Below are positions 56,063 through 58,991 of a stretch of DNA of 58,991 bases, piece by piece. The stretch's first letter is position 1, and each line of letters opens with the position of its first letter. Location: positions 1 through 58,991 of the forward strand of contig JAQVIY010000004.1 of the NCBI GenBank assembly GCA_028695415.1, in the 5' to 3' direction. The notes beneath the pieces were generated by a model. It was not told the DNA's origin. It did not search any database and worked only from the letters and a program-made list of their open reading frames with translations. The stretch is from Minisyncoccota bacterium. Lineage in GTDB: Bacteria > Patescibacteriota > Minisyncoccia > Phycocordibacterales > Phycocordibacteraceae. Made by a program: the position numbers and the translations under genes.

Positions 56063-56134
56063 TGCCCTCGCCAGGAATCGAACCTGGACCGACTGCTTCG
56101 AAGGCAGTAATGATATCCGTTTCACCACGAGGGC
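56063..56134 (-). tRNA. tRNA-Arg (anticodon TCG), no encoded CCA
   Basis: Folded by hand. Acceptor GCCCTCG/CGAGGGC, anticodon arm ACTGC-CTTCGAA-GCAGT, T arm CCAGG-TTCGATT-CCTGG; 72 nt. Confidence 0.9.
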
Positions 56135-56317
56135 GGAGTGAGGCCAGACGGGAATGCGAGTAATCTCATATTCCCGTCTGCGCCGAACGAGCCTAAGTAT
56201 GCTTACATACGAGGGCCTCATTGCATACTACTACCAATAGAGTTCTAGCACGAACGGCGAGAAGGGTATACGCATCGTCCCATCTATTTTCGAACTGCCG
56301 TCTGATATGATAGTAAG

Positions 56318-57004
56318 ATGCGAAAAGATAAGGAAAAAGCTGTTCTACTACGCAAGGAGGGAAAGAGCTACCGCGAGATCGGGGGTGAGCTTCACATACC
56401 CAGAAGTACATTGTCCGATTGGTTTGCCGATGAGAAGTGGTCCGCGGCAATCCGTGAGCATCTTGCCGCCTCAGCGCAGGAAACGAGCACTGTCCGCATG
56501 GTGGCGCTGAACAAGCTACGTGGGGAGCGCTTGGAAAAGGCATATGAGGCCGCAGTCGAAGAAGCCAAGAAGGAGCTTGAGACGCTCAAGTACGACCCTC
56601 TTTTCCTGTCGGGGGTCATGCTCTACTGGGGGGAGGGGTCTAAAGATCCTAGGCAGGGGGTCAAGTTTGCAGACAGTGACCCCGCGATGATTAAGCTCTA
56701 CGTCGCATTCCTGAAGAAATCCTGCCGCATCCCGATAGAGATGATAAAAGCGTACGTCTTGATCTATCCGGAAATCGAAGAGAAGACCGCCCGCGCGTAT
56801 TGGTCGAAGGTGAGCGGATTGCCCTGGGGCCAGTTTACGAAGAGTGTCGTGATAACCGGCCGACACGCTACCAGGCGACTCAGCTGGGGCGTCTGTACCG
56901 TATCCGTCTCAAGTACGTATTTCAAACGGAAGATGCTGGAGTGGATAAAGCTTCTCCCGGAGGAATTGCTCCGGAAGGAATATTATGAGAATATTACTAG
57001 GTAA
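56318..57004 (+). CDS. HTH protein with a possible LAGLIDADG-like (YWGEGSK) endonuclease domain
   Basis: N-terminal HTH (GKSYREIGGELHIPRSTLSDWF). The LSGVMLYWGEGSKD block resembles the LAGLIDADG motif. The stop codon directly abuts tRNA-Gly. Confidence 0.4.
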   Translation: MRKDKEKAVLLRKEGKSYREIGGELHIPRSTLSDWFADEKWSAAIREHLAASAQETSTVRMVALNKLRGERLEKAYEAAVEEAKKELETLKYDPLFLSGVMLYWGEGSKDPRQGVKFADSDPAMIKLYVAFLKKSCRIPIEMIKAYVLIYPEIEEKTARAYWSKVSGLPWGQFTKSVVITGRHATRRLSWGVCTVSVSSTYFKRKMLEWIKLLPEELLRKEYYENITR

Positions 57005-57075
57005 GCGGCTATGGTTTAATGGTAGAACGCTACCTTGCCAAGGTAGAGATTCGGGTCCGATTCCCGGTAGCCGCA
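57005..57075 (+). tRNA. tRNA-Gly (anticodon GCC), no encoded CCA
   Basis: Acceptor GCGGCTA/TAGCCGC, anticodon arm CTACC-TTGCCAA-GGTAG, T arm TCGGG-TCCGATT-CCCGG. The T loop reads TCC rather than the usual TTC. Confidence 0.88.
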
Positions 57076-57091
57076 CCGAAAAGAGAAGTGA

Positions 57092-57130
57092 GGCAAAAAC
57101 GGCTCTAAAGAGCCGTTTTTGCCTGTCTTT
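57092..57130 (+). terminator. intrinsic terminator after tRNA-Gly
   Basis: ggcaaaaacggctc taaa gagccgtttttgcc tgtctttt. Confidence 0.75.
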
Positions 57131-57145
57131 TGGTTTTGTGTCGGG

Positions 57146-57175
57146 AGTGGATAAAGGTGTTCATACTGTGGATAA
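57146..57175 (+). promoter_or_regulatory. two DnaA-box-like 9-mers, 21 bp apart, same orientation
   Basis: AGTGGATAA (57146-57154, 8/9 match) and TGTGGATAA (57167-57175, 9/9 match to the reverse complement of TTATCCACA). Confidence 0.3.
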
Positions 57176-57251
57176 GAGACAGCAGACTTTTTGGCGAGTC
57201 CGTGAAATAGTAAGCAAATGAGCCGTATTTCTAAAAGCCGTGCCCAGTAGT

Positions 57252-57370
57252 ACAACTTCGGATTGTTCTTTATCGCGTAGAACCTCTATACACAACACGG
57301 ATTATCTCGCGTGACAGGTTAGTTATACTTCGGTTAATGAGGAAGAACGAGAGCGATTATCCGAAGTTGT
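57252..57370 (+). other. structured element upstream of yraN (12-bp plus 6-bp long-range helices)
   Basis: acaacttcggat (57252-57263) pairs with atccgaagttgt (57359-57370). gttctt (57265-57270) pairs with aagaac (57343-57348). Confidence 0.4.
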
Positions 57371-57382
57371 CCTCACTGGGTC

Positions 57383-57781
57383 GTGGATATTTCCTCTAAG
57401 ACTTCGAAAGAGGTGGGGGCACTCGGGGAAAGGGTGGCCGCTCTGTACCTGCGTCGGCACGGATTCACGATTCGAGACCGCAATGTCGCCCGTAAGACCG
57501 GCGAGCTCGACATCATTGCTCAGAAAGAAGATACCCTGCATTTCGTTGAGGTGAAGACTATCCTCACCGACAGGTTCCCGCGAGAAGGAGATAGGGGCGA
57601 TAGCTATGATGATCCGTCGCTCAATTTACATGAACAGAAGATTCGTAAAGTCGCTCGAACCGGGGAGTGGTATGTCCTAGAGAACGCTTGGGAAGGGGAG
57701 TGGCAGGTGGACGGATGTCTCGTGTGGCTTCGCCGCGGGGACGGTATGGCGAAAGTTTCCTACCTGCCGCAAATCGTATAG
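57383..57781 (+). CDS. yraN: YraN-family (UPF0102) endonuclease
   Basis: GERVAALYLRRHGFTIRDRNVARKTGELDIIAQKEDTLHFVEVKT; GTG start. Confidence 0.85.
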   Translation: MDISSKTSKEVGALGERVAALYLRRHGFTIRDRNVARKTGELDIIAQKEDTLHFVEVKTILTDRFPREGDRGDSYDDPSLNLHEQKIRKVARTGEWYVLENAWEGEWQVDGCLVWLRRGDGMAKVSYLPQIV

Positions 57782-57784
57782 TCA

Positions 57785-57802
57785 TCGGGCCGCCGGGAGT
57801 CG
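57785..57802. repeat. 18-bp duplicate of the tRNA-Pro 3' end (att-like direct repeat)
   Basis: tcgggccgccgggagtcg is identical to 57947-57964 (tRNA-Pro discriminator, acceptor 3' strand and T-arm 3' half). Confidence 0.8.
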
Positions 57803-57946
57803 GTCACCAATCGCTAGCCGAATTGCTCCAGGTATTCGCAATTCGACAAGCGTTCTCGACCCCGGCTCGCTGTTCTCGAAGACTCGAACATAGCTGCGCC
57901 CTTCGACTCTCGAACGAACGCTCCGCGTTCTCATCCCTCACTTCGT

Positions 57947-58017
57947 TCGGGCCGCCGGGAGTCGAACCCGATCTGCGTGCTCCCAAAGCACGTGTACTAC
58001 CGGCATACTCCGGCCCG
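57947..58017 (-). tRNA. tRNA-Pro (anticodon TGG), no encoded CCA
   Basis: Acceptor CGGGCCG/CGGCCCG, anticodon arm CGTGC-TTTGGGA-GCACG, T loop TTCGACT; 71 nt; G at position 8. Confidence 0.85.
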
Positions 58018-58046
58018 TTGTTTTTATCGTACCAGTTTTATGCCCG

Positions 58047-58991
58047 TTATGGCAGGTTCGCAGTAATAATCTTCTCCAGCGCCTGCATCTGCGGCGCAAA
58101 GGCGGCGGCAGAGGTCGAAGGATCCCGCTCGAGGAGGAGGTCGAGCGGCTGACCCGTCTCACTCGCATATTCTGAACGGATGTAAGAGGCAGTAATGGCG
58201 TCGAGCGAGCGGGTGTCGGTCGAGCCCTCGACAGTACTCGTGGTGATCGTGCCGATGAGCCTACCCGAAGCGTCAGCGACACCGCCGCCAGAGGAACCCT
58301 CCTGTGCCGCGGCGGAGCCGCCAAGAGCGAGCACGTCAATCGTATTGGTATCAAAGGTAAATACGTTTTTCACCGAACCAAAGACGATAGTGGGGAAGAG
58401 TCCCGATTGTACCTGGCTCGACGCGAGGAATTGGGCGCCGTACGTGGCAATAACCACCGGCGTACCAGAAGAAGCGGGCGCCTTTGCGAGCTCTACAAAA
58501 TGAAATGCGGCTGGGAGAGGGGCGTTTGTCGCGCTCTTAGTTACCGCGAGGAGCGCGAAATCGTATTCGCCAGTGCCATGCGGAGCCGTTTGAGTAAGAA
58601 CGGTCGGGTTTGCCGATATCCACGCCGGCGAAATGTAGATGAGCGAAGATTCGTAACTATCTGCAGCAGGGCTCCCCGCGCGGATGGTACACGACACACC
58701 TCGATCAGAGAGGAGGAAGTATTGTGCAACGTGCGCATTGGTGAGAATGATGCCCTTTGCGTCAATGAATACTCCGCTCCCAGAGATAGAGTGAATAGCG
58801 CCCCCGGCCGGCGCATAGCAGATGATGTTCACGAGCGAAGCGCGCAGAGAAGCGGCGGCAGCATCGAGTGCAGCATTACCGCCGGAAACGGGAGTTGGGG
58901 GGACAACAGGTACTGTTATCGGCACGACAACTGGTGTTGGCTCCGGCTTAGGAACGGGCTTCTTTGGGAGCGGCGCTGCAACTTTTTCTGT
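58047..58991 (-). CDS. trypsin-like (S1 family) serine protease, 5' end outside the window
   Basis: Catalytic blocks LTNAHVA, DFALLAV and GSSGGGV. The frame stays open upstream of the GTG at 58925 to the window edge, through a Pro/Lys-rich linker. Confidence 0.8.
   Translation of the reverse strand, partial: TEKVAAPLPKKPVPKPEPTPVVVPITVPVVPPTPVSGGNAALDAAAASLRASLVNIICYAPAGGAIHSISGSGVFIDAKGIILTNAHVAQYFLLSDRGVSCTIRAGSPAADSYESSLIYISPAWISANPTVLTQTAPHGTGEYDFALLAVTKSATNAPLPAAFHFVELAKAPASSGTPVVIATYGAQFLASSQVQSGLFPTIVFGSVKNVFTFDTNTIDVLALGGSAAAQEGSSGGGVADASGRLIGTITTSTVEGSTDTRSLDAITASYIRSEYASETGQPLDLLLERDPSTSAAAFAPQMQALEKIITANLP

Noticed and set aside
56940-57400. Chromosomal replication origin (oriC), based on DnaA boxes.
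   Set aside because: There is no dnaA or dnaN nearby and no obvious AT-rich unwinding element. Gene orientation does not switch here in the way expected at an origin. GC skew cannot be computed by eye.
57667-58152. 161-aa plus-strand ORF.
   Set aside because: It overlaps the yraN 3' end, the att-like repeat and the whole tRNA-Pro gene on the opposite strand.

Overview
The window is a gene-dense, roughly 55-60% GC bacterial chromosome segment with no rRNA, CRISPR array or transposase. All protein calls come from motifs I recognise in the supplied translations; no database search was possible.

Lineage: it looks like a Candidate Phyla Radiation / Patescibacteria (Parcubacteria-like) genome. 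This is inference from three things: no L30 gene between rpsE and rplO, many small envelope proteins with DSDNDGLPDWEE-type motifs, and R/G/K-rich extensions on core proteins.

Backbone genes:
- The core, 14.6-34.4 kb on the minus strand, is the str-S10-spc ribosomal supercluster: rpsL, rpsG, fusA, tuf, rpsJ, rplC-D-W-B, rpsS ... rplE, rpsN ... rplO, secY, adk, map.
- Elsewhere: infC-rpmI-rplT, two beta-CASP RNases (RNase J and a second one), ndk, nth plus a MutY-like glycosylase, VKOR, DedA, a membrane-anchored PLD nuclease, rsmA, comM, rpsO, xerC/D, xth, cca, yraN and three tRNAs (Arg-TCG, Gly-GCC, Pro-TGG; none encodes CCA).

Most interesting observations:
1. The normally contiguous ribosomal supercluster is cut at four junctions (rpsG|fusA, rpsJ|rplC, rplB|rpsS, rplE|rpsN) by small uncharacterised cassettes. 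Each junction has intrinsic terminators, and I can read sigma70-like promoters there for the rplE|rpsN and rpsG|fusA cassettes and for all four downstream ribosomal units.
2. One cassette protein (23677-24207) ends in DDIPF, the SSB C-terminal interaction tip.
3. Another cassette is a divergent TrmB-type regulator plus a 2-TM Cys/His-rich protein around a very AT-rich intergenic region.
4. A tightly coupled four-gene envelope operon (34.5-40.1 kb) includes a TrbL/VirB6-like polytopic protein.
5. The UvrD/PcrA helicase carries a 369-aa class-1 intein in motif III.
6. Several structured or repetitive non-coding regions have no known assignment: 12.5-12.8 kb, 51.2 kb, 54.0-54.6 kb and 57.1-57.4 kb.
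7. An 18-bp tRNA-Pro 3' fragment lies just downstream of the intact tRNA-Pro gene.
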